Virus record (IMG/VR): IMGVR_UViG_3300045988_044010
Direction: 5' to 3' (one strand)
From: a virus
DNA: 64,000 bases
Program-made: the position numbers and the translations under genes
The notes under the pieces: model-generated
Told to the model about the DNA's origin: nothing
What the model saw: the letters and a program-made list of their open reading frames with translations, nothing else
The model's database searches: none
In this document: positions 51,591 through 59,702 of the stretch, in pieces
Position numbering within the stretch: position 1 is the first letter of the stretch
Layout of the letters: each line of letters starts with the position of its first letter

Positions 51591-51650
51591 CGTAGGTTGT
51601 GTACTATTTCGTAATCACTCATTTTTCATAGTGCGGTACACTAACCTACG
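51591..51650 (-). terminator. Long hairpin followed by a U-run, downstream of the SSB gene
   Basis: In the minus sense CGTAGGTT-A-GTGTAC pairs with GTACAC-AACCTACG (14 bp, one bulge, 31-nt structured loop), followed by TTTTAA. Its function as terminator or processing site is inferred. Confidence 0.4.
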
Positions 51651-51700
51651 TGTTCGTCGTATTATGCCCGACGTGGCGGCTTTATATAAATCCTAACAGA

Positions 51701-52327
51701 TTAGAAAGGTAGATCGTCAGACGGAGCTTCCGATTTGACTTCTAGAGGATTAACTTCTACAGTCTCTTTATCGGATACTACTGGTTTAACGAACAAGTCT
51801 ATACCTGTTATTTCTCGTATCATGCTTTCATTTTTGCCTTCTTCATAAAATCCCATCGGGATAATCATAGGCTCAATTGCTGCAAATTTTACATAACTTG
51901 GAAGTGTAGTATATCCATCTTTATTATAGACAACTTTCACTTTCAACAATGTGTCTTTGTTTGCTGCATTCAGCATAGCAACTACCCAGTTAGTGAATTC
52001 TTTATAAGAACTACCAGTGAAGTTTAATACTTCTTTAGGATAGAAACATCTCAAGATACGATTAATTCTTGTAACCTGATTTGTTGCTTTATTCTGGTTC
52101 TGTTCTTCAGTATCTTCTGCACGTTCCTTAGGTTCCCATTCTGTATGAACAAGTTCCTTGCCGTCTTTCTCGAATCTAAATTCAATGAAATTCTTTCCTG
52201 TTGGAGATACTGCAGTCTTCACTGACGTAAATTTAACATTATCATGAATACCTGCTTCGAGGTATTTAGTATTACTACTATTATTATTTAATGTTACTTG
52301 GTTTGCTAAATCTGTACTATAAATCAT
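51701..52327 (-). CDS. Single-stranded DNA-binding protein (candidate)
   Basis: The C-terminus ...EAPSDDLPF matches the acidic D-D-(I/L)-P-F tail typical of SSBs. It sits inside the replication module. Confidence 0.65.
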   Translation of the reverse strand: MIYSTDLANQVTLNNNSSNTKYLEAGIHDNVKFTSVKTAVSPTGKNFIEFRFEKDGKELVHTEWEPKERAEDTEEQNQNKATNQVTRINRILRCFYPKEVLNFTGSSYKEFTNWVVAMLNAANKDTLLKVKVVYNKDGYTTLPSYVKFAAIEPMIIPMGFYEEGKNESMIREITGIDLFVKPVVSDKETVEVNPLEVKSEAPSDDLPF

Positions 52328-52348
52328 AACTATTTGTTTTGTATTTTT

Positions 52349-53089
52349 TTATTCAGGTAAATATATCTTATTCCAATAAGTAGTGATTTCATTGTTTTCA
52401 TCACTTTCTGCTACTACGATATTCTTTCCTCTTAAATGAGGAGCTCTAGCTTCTATGACAGAGTTATCTCCACCTTCAAAAGAAATATGAGTTTCATTTT
52501 TCTTTCTATATACATAGCCAACAGCATCTGCTTCGCCACATATAATATTTGCTAGTGCACCTACTAGATCAAGAGACATTTCAGACATTTCTTCACCATT
52601 CTTATTAATCAACTTATCTCTAGTATGACCAATAAGAATAAAGTTATCACATAATCCTCGGAACATGTCAATAACTTTTCTTACAGCTTGTCTTATATAT
52701 AAATAACCAGATCCATTAGGCAAGGTTCTGAGGTCTGTACCTTCATACTTCTTGCCCATTGGAGTAGCTTTATATAACTGTATAGCAAAGCTCATGCACA
52801 TCTCTTCCAGTCTTGATGCATTATCAATAGTAATATACTTATAGGGTTTCTTACCTTCTTTTTTAATTTCTTCTCTTATTGCATTTGCAATCTCGCCTAA
52901 ATCATTTACTGATCTAGCTTGAATAGCTAATGCCTCTAAGAATTCTGAACCACCTTCCAAATCGACAATAAGATTATTATCTAATTTAGATGCTAAGGTA
53001 GTTTTACCAGACTTTGGTTTGCCAAACAATATCAAGAATCTAGGATTCTCAATTCTGGCTTTTAATTTCTCTTTTGGTAATACAATCAT
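52349..53089 (-). CDS. Sak4-like / AAA_24-type recombination ATPase
   Basis: Walker A is FLILFGKPKSGKTTLA. The protein has RecA-fold size and lies next to the SSB and nuclease genes. Confidence 0.65.
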   Translation of the reverse strand: MIVLPKEKLKARIENPRFLILFGKPKSGKTTLASKLDNNLIVDLEGGSEFLEALAIQARSVNDLGEIANAIREEIKKEGKKPYKYITIDNASRLEEMCMSFAIQLYKATPMGKKYEGTDLRTLPNGSGYLYIRQAVRKVIDMFRGLCDNFILIGHTRDKLINKNGEEMSEMSLDLVGALANIICGEADAVGYVYRKKNETHISFEGGDNSVIEARAPHLRGKNIVVAESDENNEITTYWNKIYLPE

Positions 53090-53114
53090 AAAGCTAGTTT
53101 ATTTTATGTATCCC

Positions 53115-53143
53115 TCTGATAAATATCTGATAATTTCTGCTAG
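53115..53143 (-). promoter_or_regulatory. Phased TTATCAGA-type repeat cluster upstream of the ATPase gene
   Basis: On the plus strand, TCTGATAA starts at 53115 and 53126, and TCTGCTAG at 53136 (10-11 nt spacing). The cluster lies 26-54 nt upstream of start codon 53089. Confidence 0.5.
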
Positions 53144-53162
53144 TTATGGGATTTATATGTTA

Positions 53163-53678
53163 TTAGAACCAACCGTTATTCTTTACTTTAATAGTAAGAT
53201 TAATGATTGTCTTCTTTGTTTCGGGTTTCAAATAGTTCAATGAACCCGGAGCGATTGGAATGATATCGTATCCAATCTGTACGAAATTGTGGAAAATTTT
53301 AATCGGTGTACCGTAGATATCCTCGAAATCATAATCCAAATCAAATGGATAATTCTTCTTAGCATATGCATCAAGTGCGTCTAATGCTTTAAAGAACTCT
53401 GTTTCAAGGTTATAGTTGTCGATTTTGTAGCACTTTGAGGCAAGTGGACAATTAGCACAAGTCTTAGGCAACCAGCTTACATTGTGTTTCTTACTCAAAC
53501 CTAATGTAATAGTATCACCTGCACCTGCATATTCGATTCCAAAATTAGATTTCGGATAATCAAATGAACTGTCAATAGTCAGCCACGGATATGCTGTAAT
53601 AACGCGTTCCATCAACGCATCTTTATAAATCTTTGCACTATTTTCTTTCTTCGGTAATGTAAATGTATATGTTTTCAT
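53163..53678 (-). CDS. Hypothetical protein
   Basis: Intact standard-code ORF with a TAA stop. Confidence 0.7.
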   Translation of the reverse strand: MKTYTFTLPKKENSAKIYKDALMERVITAYPWLTIDSSFDYPKSNFGIEYAGAGDTITLGLSKKHNVSWLPKTCANCPLASKCYKIDNYNLETEFFKALDALDAYAKKNYPFDLDYDFEDIYGTPIKIFHNFVQIGYDIIPIAPGSLNYLKPETKKTIINLTIKVKNNGWF

Positions 53679-53704
53679 AAATTCAGCCTTTTTAATTGTT
53701 ATTA

Positions 53705-54673
53705 CTAAAACGAAATCTTCTTTGCTGGTTCTTCATTTCGTATAGTTTCAATTAAATTATTGTATTTCAGATCGTTGTCGAATTCTAATATCGAGCATTG
53801 TCCAGCATCTCTATTCTTTATAAGATGCAAGTAGACTTTGTTATTAACTGGTAAACGATTCGGTCCATACTGTTGGATATTTAGTAACTCTGGTCTGTGA
53901 ATACAAATAACATAATCGGATGCATGAAATATTGTATCAGCAGAAGAAATATCACTACGCATTGGATAATGCATAGATGGATTGTTAATTCTATCAGGAG
54001 TTTCAATGTTACGATTCATCTGTGATAACTGTATTACAGTGGTATTAGGTAACTTTTTTACCTTAATAAACAGTTTCTGTAAATCGGAAATCACTTGCAG
54101 TGCTGACTCGCGAGATTGACCTTCAACAAGTAAAGTATGGTCAAGTATGACTATAAATTTCTTGCCTTTAGCTTTATTCTCATAGAAGTAGTCTATAGTA
54201 GAAGCTATATCTTCAACTGTACCCGGTGTATCTACATAATATATCGGATATGATTTTATCTGTTGAGAAGTCTCTTCGACTTTGGCTAACGATTCATTAT
54301 CTAAATCATTGTTAGCACTATATAGCTCAGCAGTAGTTAGCCTTAACTTACTGCTTAATTTTCTACCAACCTGCCTAGAACTTAACATCTCAAATGAGAA
54401 GTTAAGTACTATAACATCCTGATCAGAATTTAGATCTATTAAATCATTTTCTAACGTATTAACAAATGATGACTTTCCACTACCTGATATACCCACTATT
54501 GTATATACAGTATTCGGTTCAATACCGCCCATACAGACAGCATTAAACTTATTCCATCTTGTTTTAAGAGACTTTACCTCATGGTTCTTTCTCTTCTTAA
54601 TATACTCCGTAGCTTCTTTTGTTGCTGCTGATATATGCTGGAATTGTAGTATTTTAGTAGAGATCTGTTCCAT
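53705..54673 (-). CDS. DnaB-like (RecA-fold) replicative helicase
   Basis: Walker A is IVGISGSGKSSF and Walker B-like is FIVILDHT. The gene stops at TAG, immediately followed by TAA. Confidence 0.7.
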   Translation of the reverse strand: MEQISTKILQFQHISAATKEATEYIKKRKNHEVKSLKTRWNKFNAVCMGGIEPNTVYTIVGISGSGKSSFVNTLENDLIDLNSDQDVIVLNFSFEMLSSRQVGRKLSSKLRLTTAELYSANNDLDNESLAKVEETSQQIKSYPIYYVDTPGTVEDIASTIDYFYENKAKGKKFIVILDHTLLVEGQSRESALQVISDLQKLFIKVKKLPNTTVIQLSQMNRNIETPDRINNPSMHYPMRSDISSADTIFHASDYVICIHRPELLNIQQYGPNRLPVNNKVYLHLIKNRDAGQCSILEFDNDLKYNNLIETIRNEEPAKKISF

Positions 54674-55220
54674 AACTATTTGTCATAATTGGTTCTTCTA
54701 CTTTCATCTGTTCCTCGTAAGTCTCCCACTCATGTTGAGTGAGCCATTTCCACATAGTTTTCATATAACCTAATTTGCCGGTAAGCATTTTATTATCTAT
54801 CTCATACTTAAGACAGTTACAGATATGCTGATGCATAGCTTTGCTTTTTCCAACTATTCTATTATATTCCTTCCTACATTTGTTCACATTTGCTCTAAGG
54901 AAACCTTTGGTTCCATCAGGGCGTATAACATAAACTGGAAATAGGTCATAAAATTCATCAAACATAGATTTATCTTCTTTAAGAAGTTCTTCTAGTTCTT
55001 TTGTTTTCTTTATGACAGTAGTATCATCTACTATTTTGGTAGTGATTAGTTTACGAGACTCTAACTCTTGTATCTCTTCTTCATTAACTAGGCTGAGAAG
55101 TTTCTGAATGTCTTGATTGATGGTTTGATTATCACTCAATACAAGTGTTAGGAATACTAATTGATTCATAGATAAATCTGAAATTCTATCTAAGATAGAA
55201 GTGTCTATTTCTAAAATCAT
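54654..55220 (-). CDS. Hypothetical replication-module protein
   Basis: Intact ORF lying between the polymerase and helicase genes. Confidence 0.6.
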   Translation of the reverse strand: MILEIDTSILDRISDLSMNQLVFLTLVLSDNQTINQDIQKLLSLVNEEEIQELESRKLITTKIVDDTTVIKKTKELEELLKEDKSMFDEFYDLFPVYVIRPDGTKGFLRANVNKCRKEYNRIVGKSKAMHQHICNCLKYEIDNKMLTGKLGYMKTMWKWLTQHEWETYEEQMKVEEPIMTNSYGTDLY

Positions 55221-55249
55221 ATTCTCATATTATTATATGAGCTATGGTC

Positions 55250-55279
55250 TCTGAAATATATCTGATAAGCCTCTGTTAA
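55250..55279 (-). promoter_or_regulatory. Phased TTATCAGA-type repeat cluster upstream of gene 54654..55220
   Basis: On the plus strand, TCTGAAAT starts at 55250, TCTGATAA at 55261 and TCTGTTAA at 55272 (exact 11-nt spacing). The last copy overlaps the polymerase stop codon. Confidence 0.5.
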
Positions 55280-57225
55280 TCCCATAGGCTCATTTGTAAC
55301 GGTTTTAATTCTCTGATTATCTTATAGGCTTCCATAATGTAATACCTATAATTAATCTTTCTCTCTTCAATTGGTTTATCATCTAAGTAATTTAATAAAG
55401 TAACACCAGATGCAGTAAGCATATTCTGATACTGTTTTTCTGTAGGACATGGAATACTTATATCGAAACGATTAGTATCCTTTTCCTTCCATTTCCACAA
55501 GTAAGCACCATTAGTACTTGCATAGAAACGGTTTGTTCTCTGTTGTTCTTTATTATTATACTCAACATGCCATTGTTTACCAGTCTTTTCAGACATTAGA
55601 AAATCTCTAATATCTTTGCAACCTTTTATAGTTTCTTCTACTGGTACTCCGTTCTTAAAAAAGTTTATTACTGCTTTCGGTATGATCTTCGGAGTTAGAC
55701 CTTTCCCTAATTTCACAGTAGTAATAAACATACCCTTCTCTTTTACCTTATCATCTTCAGTAATAGCAAAGTAGTCATTTATAGCATATTGATACATAGC
55801 TTTAAAACGTTCTTCCTCAAGCGTTAGCCTAGTAAGTTGTTCCCATTCTCTGCAAACGTTGTTAACTTTTGAATATACGTCTTTCTTAAGTAAGACAAAT
55901 AATCCATCAGTATTTGCTTGGACGATTCGACATCCTAATTGGGTAAGTTTCTCTGCTAGCATTAGTAATAGTAACTGTCCATTTATTCTGATTTGCATTA
56001 CAGCAAATGGACTATAACAGAAATTGTGTTCATTCTGTAAGTTACCAGATAATCCATTGAGAGCAAGCTTTAAGGTTTCATTTTTAACCTTATTGCCATT
56101 GTGTTTAGCTTCAATTCGCTCATCTTTAATTTGTTTATATACTTCTAGGAATTCAGGACCTAAATGTTTAGGATAGAATTCATATTCTATTAGCATACTT
56201 GGATATAGAGATGCAACATCTATATCAATGAGCATTTCATCTTCTTTCGGAATAATTATTTCAGGTTTATTCACTGAGTGAATTCCTCCGACTCCTACAG
56301 AATACTGTAATCCTTCAAATACGAATTTATTTTCGTATCCTTTTCTACCTGGAGATACTATTTGACTTTTCATGTCATTTAGTACTCTAGTTAGTATAGG
56401 ACTATCATATTTAATAAAAGGTAGTATAACACTATTTAATGGTATTACTGACATAGGAGATCTTAAATCTTTAATATCCCACCATGTTTGACCTGTTTTC
56501 TCAAGATACTTCTGAGTCAAGATCTTCATACCAATGTTTACACCATCTTTACTAAGTACACGTACTCCATATTCATCTTCAATAGCTATTCTTAAGTCGA
56601 TGTCTTTTTTACATCTATTGAGTAATTCCTCAGTAGAATTAACATCATTAATATTATAATCAATCATTGAATCAATTTGATTCTCAGGCAAATCTGCCTG
56701 CCAATCAGCAACAAATTCTTGTACATTCTTGTACTGCATTGTTACTTGAATTTCTTTCAAACCTACTCTTAGCTTATTACTATATAACATAGTAAGAATA
56801 TCAAAAGAGTCAAAACAAATCATATACTTCCACTTTCTCCAAGCAGAATTATCATCCTCACTTGAAGTAGTAATTACTTTACTTAGGTTAAACACAGACC
56901 TACAAATGTCTCTATAACCTTTATATTTCATTATATTGTAACAATCTATTATATAGTTTATAATAGCATTATCATAATGAAGATTATTATAACCACAAAA
57001 TAATATGTTAGTATCTAACTTAATATCTGTAGTATATAAATCTCCGAAAGTATATTTTGTATTAACTGTATGAAAGAATTCAACTAATTCATCTAATTGA
57101 TTTCTTCTGCAAGATATTTCAAATTTATGCAATTCACCTGTTTCTGTATTTTTTACAGTACAATGGAAGACATTGGGGAATACCTCAATATCATATACAT
57201 AAACAATCTTATCTCGTATAATCAT
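55276..57225 (-). CDS. Family B DNA polymerase
   Basis: ExoI is VYDIEVF, ExoII is YNNLHYDNAII and ExoIII is YNINDVNST. Motif A is DVASLYPSM, motif B-like is KLALNGLSGNL and motif C-like is QANTDGLFV. Confidence 0.9.
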   Translation of the reverse strand: MIIRDKIVYVYDIEVFPNVFHCTVKNTETGELHKFEISCRRNQLDELVEFFHTVNTKYTFGDLYTTDIKLDTNILFCGYNNLHYDNAIINYIIDCYNIMKYKGYRDICRSVFNLSKVITTSSEDDNSAWRKWKYMICFDSFDILTMLYSNKLRVGLKEIQVTMQYKNVQEFVADWQADLPENQIDSMIDYNINDVNSTEELLNRCKKDIDLRIAIEDEYGVRVLSKDGVNIGMKILTQKYLEKTGQTWWDIKDLRSPMSVIPLNSVILPFIKYDSPILTRVLNDMKSQIVSPGRKGYENKFVFEGLQYSVGVGGIHSVNKPEIIIPKEDEMLIDIDVASLYPSMLIEYEFYPKHLGPEFLEVYKQIKDERIEAKHNGNKVKNETLKLALNGLSGNLQNEHNFCYSPFAVMQIRINGQLLLLMLAEKLTQLGCRIVQANTDGLFVLLKKDVYSKVNNVCREWEQLTRLTLEEERFKAMYQYAINDYFAITEDDKVKEKGMFITTVKLGKGLTPKIIPKAVINFFKNGVPVEETIKGCKDIRDFLMSEKTGKQWHVEYNNKEQQRTNRFYASTNGAYLWKWKEKDTNRFDISIPCPTEKQYQNMLTASGVTLLNYLDDKPIEERKINYRYYIMEAYKIIRELKPLQMSLWD

Positions 57226-57245
57226 AATATAATAATGTTAGTTTG

Positions 57246-57368
57246 AGTCCATGAGAAGATTCGAACTTCTAACTTAGGCATTTATTATCAGGCTCTACAG
57301 TCTGTTTATTATGATGCCAGAGGTCGTTGGAACCCCACTTTTTGTTTTGCCTATTAAACTACATGAAC
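57246..57368 (-). ncRNA. tRNA-like element 2 (123 nt) with about 50 extra nt in the core
   Basis: In the minus sense: acceptor GTTCATG/CATGGAC (7 bp, one G-U), D arm GTTT-AATAGGCA-AAAC, and T arm AGAAG-TTCGAAT-CTTCT. Between them lie hairpin GGGGT-TCCAACG-ACCTC and a 42-nt arm GGCAT...ATGCC. That arm contains an ATAATAAA direct repeat flanking 16 nt. Confidence 0.45.
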
Positions 57369-57433
57369 AACCGGTGTTATTACCGACATTGCAATTAAAG
57401 AATCATATAATTATTGTATTTTGCTAGCAGATT

Positions 57434-57937
57434 TTAGGCGGCTAGCTTTACCTTTTTCATTTGGTATATCTTAGCTGTACTCTTTCGAGCAAAACCTCGA
57501 TTTTTCTTTTGTCGATGACAATTTGTATGATCAACGGGTTCAGTATTATACGTACGTTTGTACGTTTCTTTGAACGCTACAAGGGAAGCTTTGTGCTTAG
57601 CCTTGTCTTCTTTGCTCTGCTTAGCAGATGCAATTTTGGCTTGTTTCATATGAATAATCATCATATTGAATTTAGCCTGAGCAGTTGTTAACTTATTATC
57701 CTTATTGAATTGAGGATAATTAGGAGTTTGCAACTTAAAATGTTCTTTTCTAGCTTCTGCTAGTGCTTTTAAGTGAGCTTTTCTTTTAGCTCTCTTCTCC
57801 TGTAATTTAGGATCATCCCACATCGGACATGTGTTCTCTCCCTTTACGTTAGGTTTTCTTCCTGAGATAGCTCTTGCAGCTTTTTTATAAGCATTCTTTG
57901 CTTTTACTATAGCTTCTATTTGTTCTTTTGTCTTCAT
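57434..57937 (-). CDS. Lys-rich basic protein ending in ...KLAA
   Basis: Intact ORF with a TAA stop. Confidence 0.7.
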   Translation of the reverse strand: MKTKEQIEAIVKAKNAYKKAARAISGRKPNVKGENTCPMWDDPKLQEKRAKRKAHLKALAEARKEHFKLQTPNYPQFNKDNKLTTAQAKFNMMIIHMKQAKIASAKQSKEDKAKHKASLVAFKETYKRTYNTEPVDHTNCHRQKKNRGFARKSTAKIYQMKKVKLAA

Positions 57938-57962
57938 ATCTTGATAATGTTAAAAGTTAAAC

Positions 57963-58763
57963 CTATGCTGCTAACAGCGTTGTCTTAGGATAGTAGATAA
58001 TAGCATTATCTTTACTATCTTTTAGTCGTACTCCAGTAAACGAAGTATCATTTTTGTACTTCTTAATTACTGTAGCTGCTTTCTTTTTTGCATCTTCTCG
58101 GCTATTAGCTTTGAAGTAGTCAGTTTGGAAATCATAATCCTTCATAGGATTATCGTCTGAACGGCGCTGAATCGTACAAGTGAATTGGCGCTCTTCTTCT
58201 TTTTCTTTCACGGACAGATCTGCAGCCGTGTAACTTGGCTGTATATGCCTCTTAATAAAATCTAGAACCTTATCCTTGTGAGTTACTTCGGATATGTGTT
58301 TTCTAGATTCTAACAGTTCTTTTTTATGCTTTTTCTTAGCATTTATACGAGCTTTAATGTCTTCATCTGTTAACATAAGCGGTTTTGGTTGAACAAACAA
58401 GTTGTTTTTTACAGCACGAGTGAATTTCTTCTTCTCTGCTCTAGTATACTTAACTGTAGGATCATATCCTACTTTTTCAAGTATCTGTTTAATTCGTTCT
58501 TTCTTGGCTATCTTAGCAGCTTTGTTATCTTCCATAGCCTTCTTTGCTACATCAGTCAAATGATCAGCTAGATGTACTTTCTTGCTGTTACTGATGAAAC
58601 CTATTACTTTCCCATCTTTATCGTATTTAATATACTTTGACAGACCCAGTTCAACTTTAGTAAGGTATTCTACCTTCTTCGATCTACGAAGTTTACTTTT
58701 GTTGGTGGTTGATAATTTAACTCCTGTTCGTTTTCCTTTTTTATTTGCTAATATCTTTTTCAT
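57963..58763 (-). CDS. Lys-rich basic protein ending in ...LLAA
   Basis: Intact ORF. It stops at TAG, then GTT TAA. Confidence 0.7.
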   Translation of the reverse strand: MKKILANKKGKRTGVKLSTTNKSKLRRSKKVEYLTKVELGLSKYIKYDKDGKVIGFISNSKKVHLADHLTDVAKKAMEDNKAAKIAKKERIKQILEKVGYDPTVKYTRAEKKKFTRAVKNNLFVQPKPLMLTDEDIKARINAKKKHKKELLESRKHISEVTHKDKVLDFIKRHIQPSYTAADLSVKEKEEERQFTCTIQRRSDDNPMKDYDFQTDYFKANSREDAKKKAATVIKKYKNDTSFTGVRLKDSKDNAIIYYPKTTLLAA

Positions 58764-58784
58764 CTTGATAATCTTAAAAGTTAT

Positions 58785-58991
58785 TTACTTGCTAAAACCT
58801 TTTATAACTTGTTTAGTTTCAGCGTTTGTATTCTCTGTATAATATATGACTAGATTCTTATCTTCATAAGTTATCTGTACTAATTCTCCAGAGGAGTAAG
58901 CACTTGCTATAGCTTTGTTTACTCGCTTTTCGTAGTGCTTACTAGTCTCTAGAAAATGTTTCCTTAGAAATACTGCATTCCTTTTTATCAT
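58785..58991 (-). CDS. Small hypothetical protein
   Basis: Intact ORF, start-stop coupled to its neighbours. Confidence 0.55.
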   Translation of the reverse strand: MIKRNAVFLRKHFLETSKHYEKRVNKAIASAYSSGELVQITYEDKNLVIYYTENTNAETKQVIKGFSK

Positions 58992-59497
58992 GCTACTAAC
59001 GCTAACGGAGCAGATTCAATATCTAACTCTGCTTTATCATTAAACTCTTCAAGATCCTTGTTGAGTTTGTTTATTTCTAATTGAATTTTGTTCTTAATAG
59101 TGTTAAGATAAGCTGAAGTCAGCTCTTCTGTAACCTTTAAGTTCTTTTTACCTTTTGCACGTTTGATTTTTGGATCAATTGTACGAATCTTATTAAGATG
59201 GAACAACTGTTCTGTCTTTTCACTTAGAGCAAAGATAGTATAATAATTATTATCTACTGGAAGCTCTGAGAACTTCTTATATCCCATATTGATACACTGC
59301 AAGTACAGTTTCATCAACAGACGTTCCTCTGACATCTCAGAGATCTTTGTAAGCATTACTTTCAGATCAAAATTACGCTTAGCCTCTGTTGAGATTACAT
59401 TCTCATTTTTAATAATATTCCAGTATTTAGTAATTTCCTTACTTAACTCGTCACGACGAGTTTTTGCATATTTAGATGTAATTGATTTCATATTCAA
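58988..59497 (-). CDS. Hypothetical protein ending in ...LALVA
   Basis: Intact ORF with a TGA stop. Confidence 0.7.
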   Translation of the reverse strand: MNMKSITSKYAKTRRDELSKEITKYWNIIKNENVISTEAKRNFDLKVMLTKISEMSEERLLMKLYLQCINMGYKKFSELPVDNNYYTIFALSEKTEQLFHLNKIRTIDPKIKRAKGKKNLKVTEELTSAYLNTIKNKIQLEINKLNKDLEEFNDKAELDIESAPLALVA

Positions 59498-59546
59498 GTG
59501 ATTTGTTTTTTAAATTAATACTTGACCGAAATACATCTACCAGTTG

Positions 59547-59610
59547 TGGTATGTAGCGGAATCAAACCGCTGTCTCCTTAAAGGCAACTCTATCACTAAG
59601 CTAACATACC
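59547..59610 (-). ncRNA. tRNA-like element 3 (64 nt, truncated core)
   Basis: In the minus sense: perfect 7-bp acceptor GGTATGT/ACATACC with discriminator A, and T arm AGCGG-TTTGATT-CCGCT. Only 32 nt remain for the D arm, anticodon arm and variable region. The best anticodon-like arm is GTTGC-CTTTAAG-GAGAC, with one mismatch and one G-U. Confidence 0.45.
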
Positions 59611-59702
59611 GAATATAGAAACTGCCCATCCAGCAGCCTCTATTATAATAGTACCCGTCCAGTACTATAAAGAATAGAAGAGTTGTATCCAATCCAACAC
59701 AA

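Noticed and set aside
59547-59610. Calling element 3 an ochre suppressor tRNA (anticodon UUA)
   Set aside because: The fold has a mismatched anticodon stem, no variable loop and almost no D arm. TAA is also the dominant true stop codon in both gene blocks. I kept it only as a tRNA-like element to be tested.
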